Below, piece by piece: positions 8,795 through 18,201 of a DNA stretch of 34,659 nt (position 1 is its first letter; the number at the start of each line of letters is the position of its first letter). The position numbers and the translations under genes are program-made. The DNA comes from a virus. Its lineage: Duplodnaviria; Caudoviricetes. The notes below the pieces were generated by a model. The model had not been told where the DNA came from and did no database searches. It saw only the letters and a program-made list of their open reading frames with translations. The stretch covers positions 1 to 34,659 of the IMG/VR virus record IMGVR_UViG_3300012667_000931. One strand, 5' to 3'.

Positions 8795-8846
8795 TACCCA
8801 GCCGCCCAACAAAACACCCAATTAAACCCCTCAAAGGAATAGCATC

Positions 8847-9788
8847 ATGAGTGCTCAAGGTCTTTCATCCCGCGCCATCATCGGCGAGTTTTACGCCACC
8901 CTCGAAGAAGATATGGGCGGTCTGTGGGTGCCCCAGGTGTCCAACCTGTTCACCTCCGACCAAGAATCCGAGATTTACAAATGGCTCGGCCAATCGCCGC
9001 AAATGCGCGAATGGATCGGCGGTCGTCAAGCCAAAGGTTTTGCCACCGAAGGCGTCACCATTGTGAATAAGGAATTTGAGGCCACCCTGGAAGTGCTGGT
9101 CAAAGAAATGCGCCGCGACAAAACCGGCCAAGTCATGGTGCGCGTGCGCGAACTGGCGCAACGCACCAACAGCCACTGGGCCAAGCTGCTGAGCCAATTG
9201 ATCATTGCCGGTGAATCCGCTGTTTGCTACGATGGTCAATTTTTCTTTGACACCGACCACAGCGAAGGCGACAGCGGCACCCAGTCCAACGACCTCACGC
9301 TGGATGTCACTACCCCCACCGCCCCCACCGCTGGCGAAGCCGAAAAAGCCATTCTCCAAGGCATGGCCGCGATTCTGGGTTTCAAGGACAACCAGGGCGA
9401 ACCCCTGAACGAAAACGCCCGCGAGTTTTTGGTGATGACCCCCATCACCTTGATGAACAGCGTGGCGAGCGCCATCGGTGCCAGCGTCATTGTTGACGGC
9501 TCCACCAGCCGCACCAACACCATCTTGACGCTGGGCACCCTGGGCGGCTTCACGGTTCGCATGGCAGCCAACGCCCGCCTGAGCTGGACCGACAAGCTGG
9601 CCGTCTTCCGCACTGACAGCGAAACCAAGGCCTTCATTCGGCAAGAAGAAGAAGCCGTTTCGGTGTCTGCTGTGGCCGAGGGCTCCGAGTTGGAGTTCAA
9701 CGACAACAAGCACCGCTACGGTGTCAAGGCCAGCCGCAACGTGGGCTACGGCTACTGGCAGCGCGCCGCGCTGATCACCTTGACCTGA
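8847..9788 (+). CDS. Major capsid protein, Mu gpT-like family
   Basis: YKWLGQSPQMREWIG, NKEFEATLEV, CYDGQFFFDTDH and GYGYWQ are characteristic of Mu-like gpT capsids; AAGGA RBS. Confidence 0.9.
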   Translation: MSAQGLSSRAIIGEFYATLEEDMGGLWVPQVSNLFTSDQESEIYKWLGQSPQMREWIGGRQAKGFATEGVTIVNKEFEATLEVLVKEMRRDKTGQVMVRVRELAQRTNSHWAKLLSQLIIAGESAVCYDGQFFFDTDHSEGDSGTQSNDLTLDVTTPTAPTAGEAEKAILQGMAAILGFKDNQGEPLNENAREFLVMTPITLMNSVASAIGASVIVDGSTSRTNTILTLGTLGGFTVRMAANARLSWTDKLAVFRTDSETKAFIRQEEEAVSVSAVAEGSELEFNDNKHRYGVKASRNVGYGYWQRAALITLT

Positions 9789-9827
9789 TCTAGCGCCACC
9801 CGCCACCCCAGCACCTGAGCAGCGCCC

Positions 9828-10115
9828 ATGGCCTTTACCGAATCGTTCGCCCCCTTCTTTTCCGATTTTGGCGAGTCCGTCACCTTCGCAGGCGACGAAC
9901 CGGTGCAGGCCATTTTTGACGCATCGTATGACCCGGCCAGCGTGGGCGGTGTGGGCATAGCCAGCGCGCAACCCATGCTCACCATCGCCAGCGACAGCGT
10001 GCCCTCCGACCCGGTCGGCACCGGCGTCACGGTGCGCGGTGTCGCGTATGTGGTGGCCGCTGCTGAGCCAGACGGCACCGGCATAAGCCGCATCATGTTG
10101 GAGCGCGCACCATGA
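9828..10115 (+). CDS. Head-tail joining protein (gpFII-like)
   Basis: 95 aa; FFSDFG...AIFD...YVV...EPDGTGISRIML; position after MCP. Confidence 0.75.
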   Translation: MAFTESFAPFFSDFGESVTFAGDEPVQAIFDASYDPASVGGVGIASAQPMLTIASDSVPSDPVGTGVTVRGVAYVVAAAEPDGTGISRIMLERAP

Positions 10116-10636
10116 CCGCCGTGACCGCGTTTCAGGCGCTTGCCGCCGGACTGGTGACAGTGCTTACAGCATCGCCCGCCATCGCATCCGGCAACGTCAA
10201 AGCCAACCCGACAAGGCCATGGCCCGAGACAGTGCAGCAAGCCGTGGCACTGCGCCTGAGCCGCGCCGACCGCGTAAGCGGGGACGCATGCGGTGATCAC
10301 TGGCAAGTCGTGATAGAGCTTGACTGCGCCGCCCGCGCCACCACGGGCACAGACCCCGGCGACGCGGTAGACGCGCTGCTGAGCGCAGTAGCCGACCGAA
10401 TCGCAGCCGCCGACCTGACGCTGCTGGGTGTCATAGAGCGCGACCCGCAGGCATCCATACAATGGACGTTTGACGCCACCGACCGCCCCGCAGCCAGCGC
10501 CACGCTGGCTTTGGGCTTTACGGTCCACACCGTCACAAACCGGCTGGTGCAAACCAACCCCTACAGCCTGACCACCGACACCGACAGCATCACCGCAGAC
10601 ACCACCGCTTACACATCCGACCAAACCAACGATTGA
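10112..10636 (+). CDS. Tail terminator/neck protein (gpU-like) with C-terminal TxD heptad repeats
   Basis: Between head-tail connector and tail tube; DAVDALLSAVADRI helix; C-terminal LTTDTDSITADTTAYTSDQT. Confidence 0.6.
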   Translation: MTAVTAFQALAAGLVTVLTASPAIASGNVKANPTRPWPETVQQAVALRLSRADRVSGDACGDHWQVVIELDCAARATTGTDPGDAVDALLSAVADRIAAADLTLLGVIERDPQASIQWTFDATDRPAASATLALGFTVHTVTNRLVQTNPYSLTTDTDSITADTTAYTSDQTND

Positions 10637-10643
10637 GCCCGCT

Positions 10644-11285
10644 ATGTCCCAACCCATCCTCACGCCCTTTCGGGGCACCACCTTTGCCGTCGTCACCAGC
10701 TGGGGCACCGGCGCAGCCATCACCGGCATCACCAACGCCAGCCCGGCAGTCGTCACCCGCGTGGCTCACGGCCTCGCTGATGGCGATGTTGTCAAGCACG
10801 CGGGCATCGTGGGCATGACCGAGCTCAATAGCCGCATTTGCGTCGTTGACGTGCTGAGCGTTGACACTTACGCCCTCGTCGGCGTGGACTCCCTTAATTT
10901 TGGCGCTTACGTGTCCGGCGGCACCGTGTCCAAAGCCACGCTGTCCCAAACCTGCCAGCTGACGGGCTACCAAGGCCCGACGGGCAGCACCCCCAGCTCC
11001 ACCGTGGACACCAACTGCGGCACCAGCAAAACCTACGGCAACCCTCAGCCGGGCACCGTGACGTTAGCTTTTGCCGAGGCCAGCACCGCATTCGTGACTG
11101 CGCTCAAAACGGCCCGCGCCACCGTTGACCAAATCGCCCTTGTCACCACCCTGCCCCTGAGTCGTGGCAAAACGGTGGACATCGGCACCGTGGTGGCTAC
11201 CGACAGCAACGCCACCGCCAACGGCAATTGGACCGGCGGCGCGACCATCGAGCGCGATTTCGAGCGCATCGACGTGGCGGTGTAA
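10644..11285 (+). CDS. Major tail tube protein
   Basis: Thr/Gly-rich; AITGITNASPAVVT..HGL..GD insertion domain typical of betaproteobacterial siphovirus tail tubes; precedes the chaperone/TMP genes. Confidence 0.75.
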   Translation: MSQPILTPFRGTTFAVVTSWGTGAAITGITNASPAVVTRVAHGLADGDVVKHAGIVGMTELNSRICVVDVLSVDTYALVGVDSLNFGAYVSGGTVSKATLSQTCQLTGYQGPTGSTPSSTVDTNCGTSKTYGNPQPGTVTLAFAEASTAFVTALKTARATVDQIALVTTLPLSRGKTVDIGTVVATDSNATANGNWTGGATIERDFERIDVAV

Positions 11286-11288
11286 CCC

Positions 11289-11648
11289 ATGACAGACCCC
11301 ACCAAAATCAACACCCTGGCCGACCTGCTGGCCAGCCTGCAAACAGCAGTGCAGCGCGCCGCGCCTGTGGCGGTCGATGTGCCCGAGTTGGGCGGCATGG
11401 TCTACGTAGCGCCGCTCAGCACCAGCGAGTGGCTTGACCCCGCCGTCACCGCACCCCCAGACACCTGCACCCCGGCCCAAAAACGCGGCTGGGGTGTGGC
11501 GCGTTGGCTGTGCGATGCAGCAGGCAACCGCCTGGTGACCGGCAGCAATTTGCAGGTGTTGGACCTTTTCGCGGCCTTGCCGTGGGAGGCATCGCACCGC
11601 ATCTTGCACGCCGCCGGTGTGCTGGCGGGTGACCAAAAAAACGGCTAG
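11289..11648 (+). CDS. Tail assembly chaperone (gpG-like)
   Basis: VDVPELGGMVYV...LCDAAGNRL; ends with an A AAA AAC slippery site. Confidence 0.8.
   Translation: MTDPTKINTLADLLASLQTAVQRAAPVAVDVPELGGMVYVAPLSTSEWLDPAVTAPPDTCTPAQKRGWGVARWLCDAAGNRLVTGSNLQVLDLFAALPWEASHRILHAAGVLAGDQKNG
11636..11642 (+). other. Programmed -1 frameshift heptamer A_AAA_AAC
   Basis: Codons CAA AAA AAC at 11634-11642; the -1 frame is open through 12016. Confidence 0.8.
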
Positions 11649-12016
11649 AGGGTCGGCGGCTGTGGCTGACCGACTTGGCTTTTAACCTGGGCACCCCGCT
11701 GCATGTGCTGCAAGCCCGCCCGGTCCAAGAGCTTGAGGCATACGAGCAGTACACGCACCAGCACGGCCTGCCGCTGTGGCGCATTGAACAGCAGCTGGCC
11801 CGCATCGCCATGCTGCTGGATGCGCAAAACGCGCCACCGGGCACCCGCCTCAAGTTGTCCGACTACATCGTGCGCATGCACCCAGACCAGCCACCCGCCA
11901 CCGACCCCGCTGCCGAAATCACCGAAGCCGACGCAGACGCCGCAGCTGATGCGCTAGGATTCCGCCCACAAAACCGCCGCAAGCCAGCAGCCCAACCAAC
12001 ACCCGCCACATTATGA
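11642..12016 (+). CDS. gpT-like C-terminal part of the G-T frameshift chaperone
   Basis: -1 frame reads RLEGRRLWLTDLAFNLG...; only a TTG without clear RBS as independent start; ATGA overlap with TMP. Confidence 0.75.
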   Translation, partial: RLEGRRLWLTDLAFNLGTPLHVLQARPVQELEAYEQYTHQHGLPLWRIEQQLARIAMLLDAQNAPPGTRLKLSDYIVRMHPDQPPATDPAAEITEADADAAADALGFRPQNRRKPAAQPTPATL

Positions 12017-13881
12017 GCGCAGTCGCCAAAGTCATCCTGACCGCCCAAGACCTGACCGGCCCCGCTTTTCGCTCAGCCAGCACCGGGCTCGAAAAACTTG
12101 ATGCAACGGCCAACATGGCCCGCAACGCCCTGGCCACCTTGGGCGTGGGCTTTTCGGTGGCTACCGTGGCCGGGTACGTGCGCAACATCGCAGCAGCCGG
12201 AGCCGAAACCCAGCGCCTCGCTACCCTGGTCAACACCAGCGCCGAGCGCTTTCAGGCCGAGGCTTATGCCGTGCGCGCCGCAGGCATTGACCAAGCCAAA
12301 TATGCTGACATTTTGAAAGATGTCAATGAAAAGGTCGGCGAATTTATGCGCGGTGAAGGCGGCGAAATGGCCGCATTTTTTGAAAACATTGCGCCAAAAG
12401 TTGGCGTAACCGCCGACCAATTCCGCAATTTGAGCGGCCCCGACGCATTGCAACTGTACGTCAACACGCTGCAAAAAGCCGGGTTAAGCCACACCGAAAT
12501 GACATCGGCCATGGAAGACTTGGCCAGCGACAGCACGTTGCTGCTGCCCCTGTTGCGCGACAACGGCAAAGCCATGAATGATCTGGCAAAAGAAGCGCAA
12601 AACGTGGGCGCAGTGCTGGACAACGAAGCCATCAAAGCCGCCGAAAAATTCAACCACGAATTAACCAAGCTGGAAGTAACCGCCTCAAGTTTTGGCCGTT
12701 CGGTTGCAATCCCCATCGTGCAAGGCCTGAACCACGTTATCGGCCAATTTCGCTTAGCCCGCCAATTCTCTGACGGCTGGCTTGATTCGCTATCCCGCAC
12801 CGGCACCAGCAACCCGGAAGAGCGCATCAAATCCATCGGCGAAAAAATTAAGCAGCTGAACAAAGACCTGGAAAACCCAAACTTGGTGGGTTTGCCCCGG
12901 TCGCGCACCGAACAAAACCTGCGCGCCGCTGAAAAAGATTTGCGCATGCTCCAAGAATTTCGCCGCCCCGCGCTGGTGGAGAGCGTCACCTACAGCCCAG
13001 ACGATCAAAGCGGCGCAGAGGCCCGGCGCTTGGGCTTGCAAGGCCCAACGCCCGTGCCTGCTGGCCCAAAACCCGCCAAGCCGCCCAAGCCCACAGGCGC
13101 AACAAAACCACCAACGACACCCAACACAGACCCGCTCGGCGACTTTATCGCAGGCGAACAGGTCCAAGCCGCCATTCAACGCGACACCGAAGCCTCAGCA
13201 GCAGCCAAAACCCTTTACGAAAACACCAGAACTGGCATCGAAAAATTAGGCGCTGAAGAGGTCAAGCTACAAAAATTAAAAGATCAAGGCTATATTTCGG
13301 ACGATGTTTATTGGCGCGCTCGTGAAGCTGCAATTGATAGCTATGAAGCATCATTGGAAAAAGCGGGGCAAATTGTTGAAACCAACACCGATCAAGCCAC
13401 AGCCCAGGCCGACCGCCTGGGCGCAGCATTCTCCCAAACATTCGACCGCATGTTTACCGACGGCATGAAATTCGGCGACTTGTTGAAAAAACTCGCATTC
13501 GACGCAATCAACATCGCATTCTTGACGCCCGCCACCCAGCGCATGGGCAGCGGCCTAGCCAGCGCCGCCACCGCGTTTTTGTCCAGCTTCGACGGCGGCG
13601 GCTACACCGGAAGCGGTGCCCGCTCCGGTGGCCTTGACGGCAAAGGTGGATTCATGGCCCTGTTGCACCCCAACGAAACCGTGGTGGATCACGCCCGGGG
13701 CCAATCCGCAGGCGGCGCAACCATCGTGCAAAACATATCCATTGACGCCCGAGGCGCAGACGCTGGCGTAGAGCAGCGCATCCGCGCCGCCATGGCTCAA
13801 ACCAAAAATGAGACCCTGGCCGCTGTGCAAGCCCGCGCAAACCGGGGCGGCTCGTTTGCCGCAGCATTGGGCAGGGCATAA
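12013..13881 (+). CDS. Tail tape measure protein
   Basis: 622 aa, Ala-rich helical; ILTAQDLT N-terminus; FDGGGYTG...GGLDGKGGFMALLHPNETV C-terminal motif. Confidence 0.92.
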   Translation: MSAVAKVILTAQDLTGPAFRSASTGLEKLDATANMARNALATLGVGFSVATVAGYVRNIAAAGAETQRLATLVNTSAERFQAEAYAVRAAGIDQAKYADILKDVNEKVGEFMRGEGGEMAAFFENIAPKVGVTADQFRNLSGPDALQLYVNTLQKAGLSHTEMTSAMEDLASDSTLLLPLLRDNGKAMNDLAKEAQNVGAVLDNEAIKAAEKFNHELTKLEVTASSFGRSVAIPIVQGLNHVIGQFRLARQFSDGWLDSLSRTGTSNPEERIKSIGEKIKQLNKDLENPNLVGLPRSRTEQNLRAAEKDLRMLQEFRRPALVESVTYSPDDQSGAEARRLGLQGPTPVPAGPKPAKPPKPTGATKPPTTPNTDPLGDFIAGEQVQAAIQRDTEASAAAKTLYENTRTGIEKLGAEEVKLQKLKDQGYISDDVYWRAREAAIDSYEASLEKAGQIVETNTDQATAQADRLGAAFSQTFDRMFTDGMKFGDLLKKLAFDAINIAFLTPATQRMGSGLASAATAFLSSFDGGGYTGSGARSGGLDGKGGFMALLHPNETVVDHARGQSAGGATIVQNISIDARGADAGVEQRIRAAMAQTKNETLAAVQARANRGGSFAAALGRA

Positions 13882-13884
13882 CTC

Positions 13885-14634
13885 ATGGCCGACTACACCA
13901 CCACCGGCGTGGCCATCCACCAATGGCCCAACACCATCAAGCCCGCCGAGGTCACGCTGCACCTGCGGTACAACACCAGCACATTCACCAGCCCATTCAC
14001 GCGCACCAGCCAGACCACCGAGCTACCCGGCGCGCTGTTCGAGCTGGCGGCCACCGTGCCCAGCCTATCCCCCGATGCCGTGCGCGCCGCCCGCGCATTC
14101 GTGGCCACGTTGCGCGGCATGGCCGGGCGCTTTGTTTTCCCGGCCTACGCCTGTCGCTACGCCCCGCCCGCCATGAGCCAGCCCGAGCGCGTCACCATCA
14201 TCGGCCTCACGGCAGACACCGACACCATCACCGCCGACACCACGCTGCACACCACCGACGCCACGACCGTGACCTACGAAACCCAGTACACCGTCACGGC
14301 TTGCCCAGACAGCACCACCATCACCGGCACGCTGTGGCTCAACAGCAACCGCGCACCGCTGCAAGTCGGCGGCTACATCAGCTGGGACGACGCCACCGGC
14401 TGGCGACACCTCCACATCGTCACAGCCATGGCCACCGCCGATGGCGTCACCACCCTGACAGTAGAGCCACCCATGCGCGCCCAGCCCACCGACGACACGC
14501 CCATGCACGTACACGCCCCCAGCGGCGTGATGATGCTCACCTCAGACGGCGAGGGCGCACTGCGCCAAGCCGGGGCCAATTGGGTTATGACCGTGTCGGC
14601 GGTGCAGGCATTCCCGCTACAGGTGACAACATGA
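13885..14634 (+). CDS. Distal tail (Dit-like) protein with internal TxD heptad repeats
   Basis: First gene after TMP; FTSPFT..SQT, LRGMAGRF and VEPPMR patterns; insert LTADTDTITADTTLHTTDAT. Confidence 0.65.
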   Translation: MADYTTTGVAIHQWPNTIKPAEVTLHLRYNTSTFTSPFTRTSQTTELPGALFELAATVPSLSPDAVRAARAFVATLRGMAGRFVFPAYACRYAPPAMSQPERVTIIGLTADTDTITADTTLHTTDATTVTYETQYTVTACPDSTTITGTLWLNSNRAPLQVGGYISWDDATGWRHLHIVTAMATADGVTTLTVEPPMRAQPTDDTPMHVHAPSGVMMLTSDGEGALRQAGANWVMTVSAVQAFPLQVTT

Positions 14635-15200
14635 AAACAGTAGCCGCTCTTTTTGTTCGCACTGATAGCGTTTACAAAAAAATAGAAAAAGTAGATGCTT
14701 ACGACATATTCAGGGACGCTAGAAACTGGCCGGGTGGTTTGCCTGTAATTGCTCACCCGCCTTGCCGTGCTTGGGGTAGGTTGAGACAGTTTTCAAATCC
14801 AAGGCCAGATGAAAAAGATTTAGCCAGATGGTCTGTTGTGCAGGTGCGTAAATTTGGCGGCGTTTTAGAACACCCAGCCGGATCAACTTTGTGGATGGAT
14901 CAAGGGTTACCGCTTCCAGGTCAATCAGATGTTTGGGGCGGGTGGACTTTGGCAGCGCCTCAAAAATGGTGGGGTCACAAAGCTGAAAAAGCGACATGGT
15001 TTTATATTGTTGGATGCGCGCCAAGACAAATACCAAACATTCCTTTAATTCTTGGCGATGCTGCTTATGTTGTGCAATCAAGAAAAAGAAATGATTCTAG
15101 GCCACATATATCAAAAGCCGAGCGCGAGCACACGCCAGTTGATCTTTCTTTCTGGCTTGTTGATTTGGCAGAAAAATGCAAGCTAGAGGTTAACCCATGA
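14631..15200 (+). CDS. Compact C5-cytosine-methyltransferase-like protein (AT-rich moron)
   Basis: 189 aa; AHPPC (motif IV-like), VLEHP (motif VI-like), Q..WGH...KATW; no FxGxG; ATGA overlaps on both sides; visibly AT-rich. Confidence 0.6.
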   Translation: MKTVAALFVRTDSVYKKIEKVDAYDIFRDARNWPGGLPVIAHPPCRAWGRLRQFSNPRPDEKDLARWSVVQVRKFGGVLEHPAGSTLWMDQGLPLPGQSDVWGGWTLAAPQKWWGHKAEKATWFYIVGCAPRQIPNIPLILGDAAYVVQSRKRNDSRPHISKAEREHTPVDLSFWLVDLAEKCKLEVNP

Positions 15201-15748
15201 CCCGCCCCGCCGCCGCCCCCCTCATCGCTGCCGCCAAACAGCCCACCGTGCGCCCATTTATGGCCGCCGACCTGGACTACCCAGCAGGCCCGGTGCGCCT
15301 GTGCAGCCTGCCCATGCCCATCCAAATCGACGGCGACACCTTTTACGGCACCGGTGCCATGGGCGAAATCAGCTCGTTGGAGGAAGGCGCAGAAAACCGA
15401 AGCTACGGCTTCACCTTGCAGCTTTCCGGCATCCCCGGCAATTGGGCCGAGTATTTGCGCACCCAAGACGTGCAAGGTCGAATGGTCACAGTGCGCCTGG
15501 GCTTTGTAGACGATGGCCACCAGGTCATCGGCTCTGAAATCATCGCCGTGGGCCGCATGGACACCCAAGACGTGCAAGCCGGTGCCACCACCGCCGTGCT
15601 GGTGTCCTGCGAAGGCATAGGCGTTGACTGGGAGCGCGCCCGCGTGCGCCGCTGCACAGACGCCGACCACCGCGCCCGCCACCCCTCGGACGGCTTTTTT
15701 AAGTACCAAGCCGCCATGGAAAACCTGACACTGAGCTGGGGCAAATGA
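15197..15748 (+). CDS. Tail tip/hub protein
   Basis: GDTFYGTG.MG.IS..EE...LQLSGIP and TDADHRARHPSDGFF patterns; position in the tail-tip operon. Confidence 0.7.
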   Translation: MTRPAAAPLIAAAKQPTVRPFMAADLDYPAGPVRLCSLPMPIQIDGDTFYGTGAMGEISSLEEGAENRSYGFTLQLSGIPGNWAEYLRTQDVQGRMVTVRLGFVDDGHQVIGSEIIAVGRMDTQDVQAGATTAVLVSCEGIGVDWERARVRRCTDADHRARHPSDGFFKYQAAMENLTLSWGK

Positions 15749-16131
15749 TGATCGACCAAAAACTAGAAGCCTTGATGTACGACTGGCAGCGCCGCCCGTT
15801 TGTGCTGGGCACCACCGACTGTTGCCAATTCGCACGCGCCGCCGCGTGGAGCCTGCACACCGTGCTGGTAGAGCATGAGCCCTACACCACAGACCGGCAA
15901 GCCTTGCGCGTGCTGGGCGCGCTCGGCGGGTATCGCGGCCTGCTGGCCCGCACCCATCGCCCCGTGCCCACCGGCGCAGCGCAGCGCGGCGACATCGTCA
16001 TCCTGCCGGGCAAAGCGCCGTACCGCGAGGCCTTGGGCGTGGTCACTGGCATCCATGCCCACACCACCGGCCACCACGGCCTGGTTGATGTGCCCCGGTC
16101 AAAGTGGGTTGAGTGCTGGAGGGTCATGTAA
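15745..16131 (+). CDS. NlpC/P60-like tail tip assembly protein
   Basis: PFVLGTTDCCQFA catalytic-Cys motif, AQRGDIV, terminal CWRV. Confidence 0.75.
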   Translation: MMIDQKLEALMYDWQRRPFVLGTTDCCQFARAAAWSLHTVLVEHEPYTTDRQALRVLGALGGYRGLLARTHRPVPTGAAQRGDIVILPGKAPYREALGVVTGIHAHTTGHHGLVDVPRSKWVECWRVM

Positions 16132-18170
16132 TGCCCGAAGCCGCCGCCGCGTATGTCGCCGACTACTTTGCATTTGAGGTCATCGGCACCACTGTTGCCA
16201 TGGCCGCTGCTATTGAAACGGCTGTTTACGTCGCCGCCACCGTCGCAATCAGCCAAACCACCGCCCGCCTGCTCAGCTCTGGCCAGGGCGGCACAGCCAC
16301 CCCTCAAGCCCTCAACACCTCCATCCGGCAATCAGGCGTACCCCGCCGCCTGATTTACGGCACCGTCAAAGCCGGTGGCGTGCTGGTGTACCCGGCCCAG
16401 TCCGACGACAGTGAATATGTCCACCTCGCCATCTACCTGGGCGAAGGCCCAATTGACGGCGTGGACCCCGTGTACTGGGTAGGTGACGACCTCAGCACAG
16501 ACCCAAAATTCGACGGCCTGTTGACCCTTGAAGCCTACACCGGCGCCCCTGGCCAGACCGCCAGCGCCGCCCTCATTGCAGCCAGCGGCGGCGAATGGAC
16601 CAGCGCAGACGTGGGCACCGGGTGCGCCTACACAGTCACGCGCTACAAATGGGACCGCAACGCCTTTCAGCGAGGTTTGGTTTTCCCCACCTTTTTGGTT
16701 CGTGGCCGCTTGCTTTTCGACCCCCGCACCAACACCACCGCCCACAGCTCAAACCCCGCCCTGGTGCTGCTGGACTACATCCGCAGCCAATACGGCTACG
16801 CCGCCCCCGACGAGTGGATCGACTTTGACGCCTTCGCTGCCGCCGCCGCTGTGTGCGACGAGCTTGTGGACAGCATCGACCCCGACAACACCGTGGGCGG
16901 CGTCACGGGCAAAGTGCGCCGCTACACCCTGAACGGCGTGTTTGAGACAGCGGGCGGCCCAGCCTACACCGTGGCCACAATGGAAGCAGCTATGGCCGGC
17001 AAGCTGATTTTTTGCGCTGGCAAATACCGCGCCTACGCAGGCGCATACCGCGCCCCAACCGGCCCCACGTTGACCAGCGAATACCTGCGCGGCGACCCAT
17101 CCTTGCGCACCCACCCAGCGCGCCAGCAGCGCATCAACATCGTGCGCGGCACCTACCGCGAGCCAAAACAAGACTGGCAAACCGTCGATTTCCCCGAGCA
17201 ATCTTTACCTGTCGCCGTTATTGCTGAGGCCGGTGAAATCGTCCAGAACATTGACTTTCCCGTCACCTCCAACGGGGCCACCGTTCAGCGCCTCGCCCGC
17301 ATTGCCATGCGCCAAGCCCGAAGCGCCGTGCCGCTCAGCTTGCCGTGCAATTGGTCGGTTTTTCGGTGGCGGCTTTACGACACCATTCCCGTAAACGTTC
17401 CCGAAATTGGCGCATCCGGTGTGTACCTGATCACCGGTTACACGTTTGCACAAGGCGGCGGCATTGATTTGGTCTTAGTGCCCCACACCGCCGCCGATTA
17501 CGCGTGGACCCCAGCAACCGACGAAACGTTGGTGCCCGAGGTGCTGCGCCCAGATTTCAACACCACGCCCCCAGCCATCTTGGGCCTGACGGTCTACGGC
17601 AGCGCTATGGACCCGGACGACGCAAACCAGCCACGGCTGCGGGCCGTTTGGCTGGCCAGCGTTGACGTTCTGGTGACCGAGTACGATGCTCAATACAAGC
17701 GCAGCGACGCGGCAGAATGGACCAACGGTTTTAAGCTCAGCACCACTATCGTGACGTGGGGAGTGCCACAAGGGCACGAATACGATGTGCGCGTGCGCGC
17801 CGTGCGCTCTGACGGCACCACCGGCCCATGGGCAGAGGTCACCAACACGCTGGTGACTGGCGACACCACACCCCCCGGCCCGCCCACCCTGCTTAGCGTC
17901 ACACACCACGGCGGTGGTGGCGGCGGCACCCATCAAGACGAGGTGTTTTGGACCAACCCCACCGACGTCGATTTTTCCCGCGCCCGGGTTTGGGTCAACA
18001 CCGTCAACAACTCAGCCACCGCCACCCAGGTCGGCGAGGTTTTTGGCCTGCCCGGCACGGCCTACAGCCTAGAGGTCGATCACCCCGACACCGACGACCG
18101 CTATTACTGGGTGTCGGCCATTGACCGAACCGGCAATACCAGCGCCCGCACCTATGCTGGCGGCGTCTAA
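16131..18170 (+). CDS. Central tail tip/host specificity protein (J-like) with FN3-like domains
   Basis: PRRLIYG, SSNPALVLLDY, YDVRVRAV and YYWVSAIDRTGN; TAATG coupling. Confidence 0.85.
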   Translation: MPEAAAAYVADYFAFEVIGTTVAMAAAIETAVYVAATVAISQTTARLLSSGQGGTATPQALNTSIRQSGVPRRLIYGTVKAGGVLVYPAQSDDSEYVHLAIYLGEGPIDGVDPVYWVGDDLSTDPKFDGLLTLEAYTGAPGQTASAALIAASGGEWTSADVGTGCAYTVTRYKWDRNAFQRGLVFPTFLVRGRLLFDPRTNTTAHSSNPALVLLDYIRSQYGYAAPDEWIDFDAFAAAAAVCDELVDSIDPDNTVGGVTGKVRRYTLNGVFETAGGPAYTVATMEAAMAGKLIFCAGKYRAYAGAYRAPTGPTLTSEYLRGDPSLRTHPARQQRINIVRGTYREPKQDWQTVDFPEQSLPVAVIAEAGEIVQNIDFPVTSNGATVQRLARIAMRQARSAVPLSLPCNWSVFRWRLYDTIPVNVPEIGASGVYLITGYTFAQGGGIDLVLVPHTAADYAWTPATDETLVPEVLRPDFNTTPPAILGLTVYGSAMDPDDANQPRLRAVWLASVDVLVTEYDAQYKRSDAAEWTNGFKLSTTIVTWGVPQGHEYDVRVRAVRSDGTTGPWAEVTNTLVTGDTTPPGPPTLLSVTHHGGGGGGTHQDEVFWTNPTDVDFSRARVWVNTVNNSATATQVGEVFGLPGTAYSLEVDHPDTDDRYYWVSAIDRTGNTSARTYAGGV

Positions 18171-18201
18171 AATATCACCACCAACCCATTAGGATTTCAC
18201 C

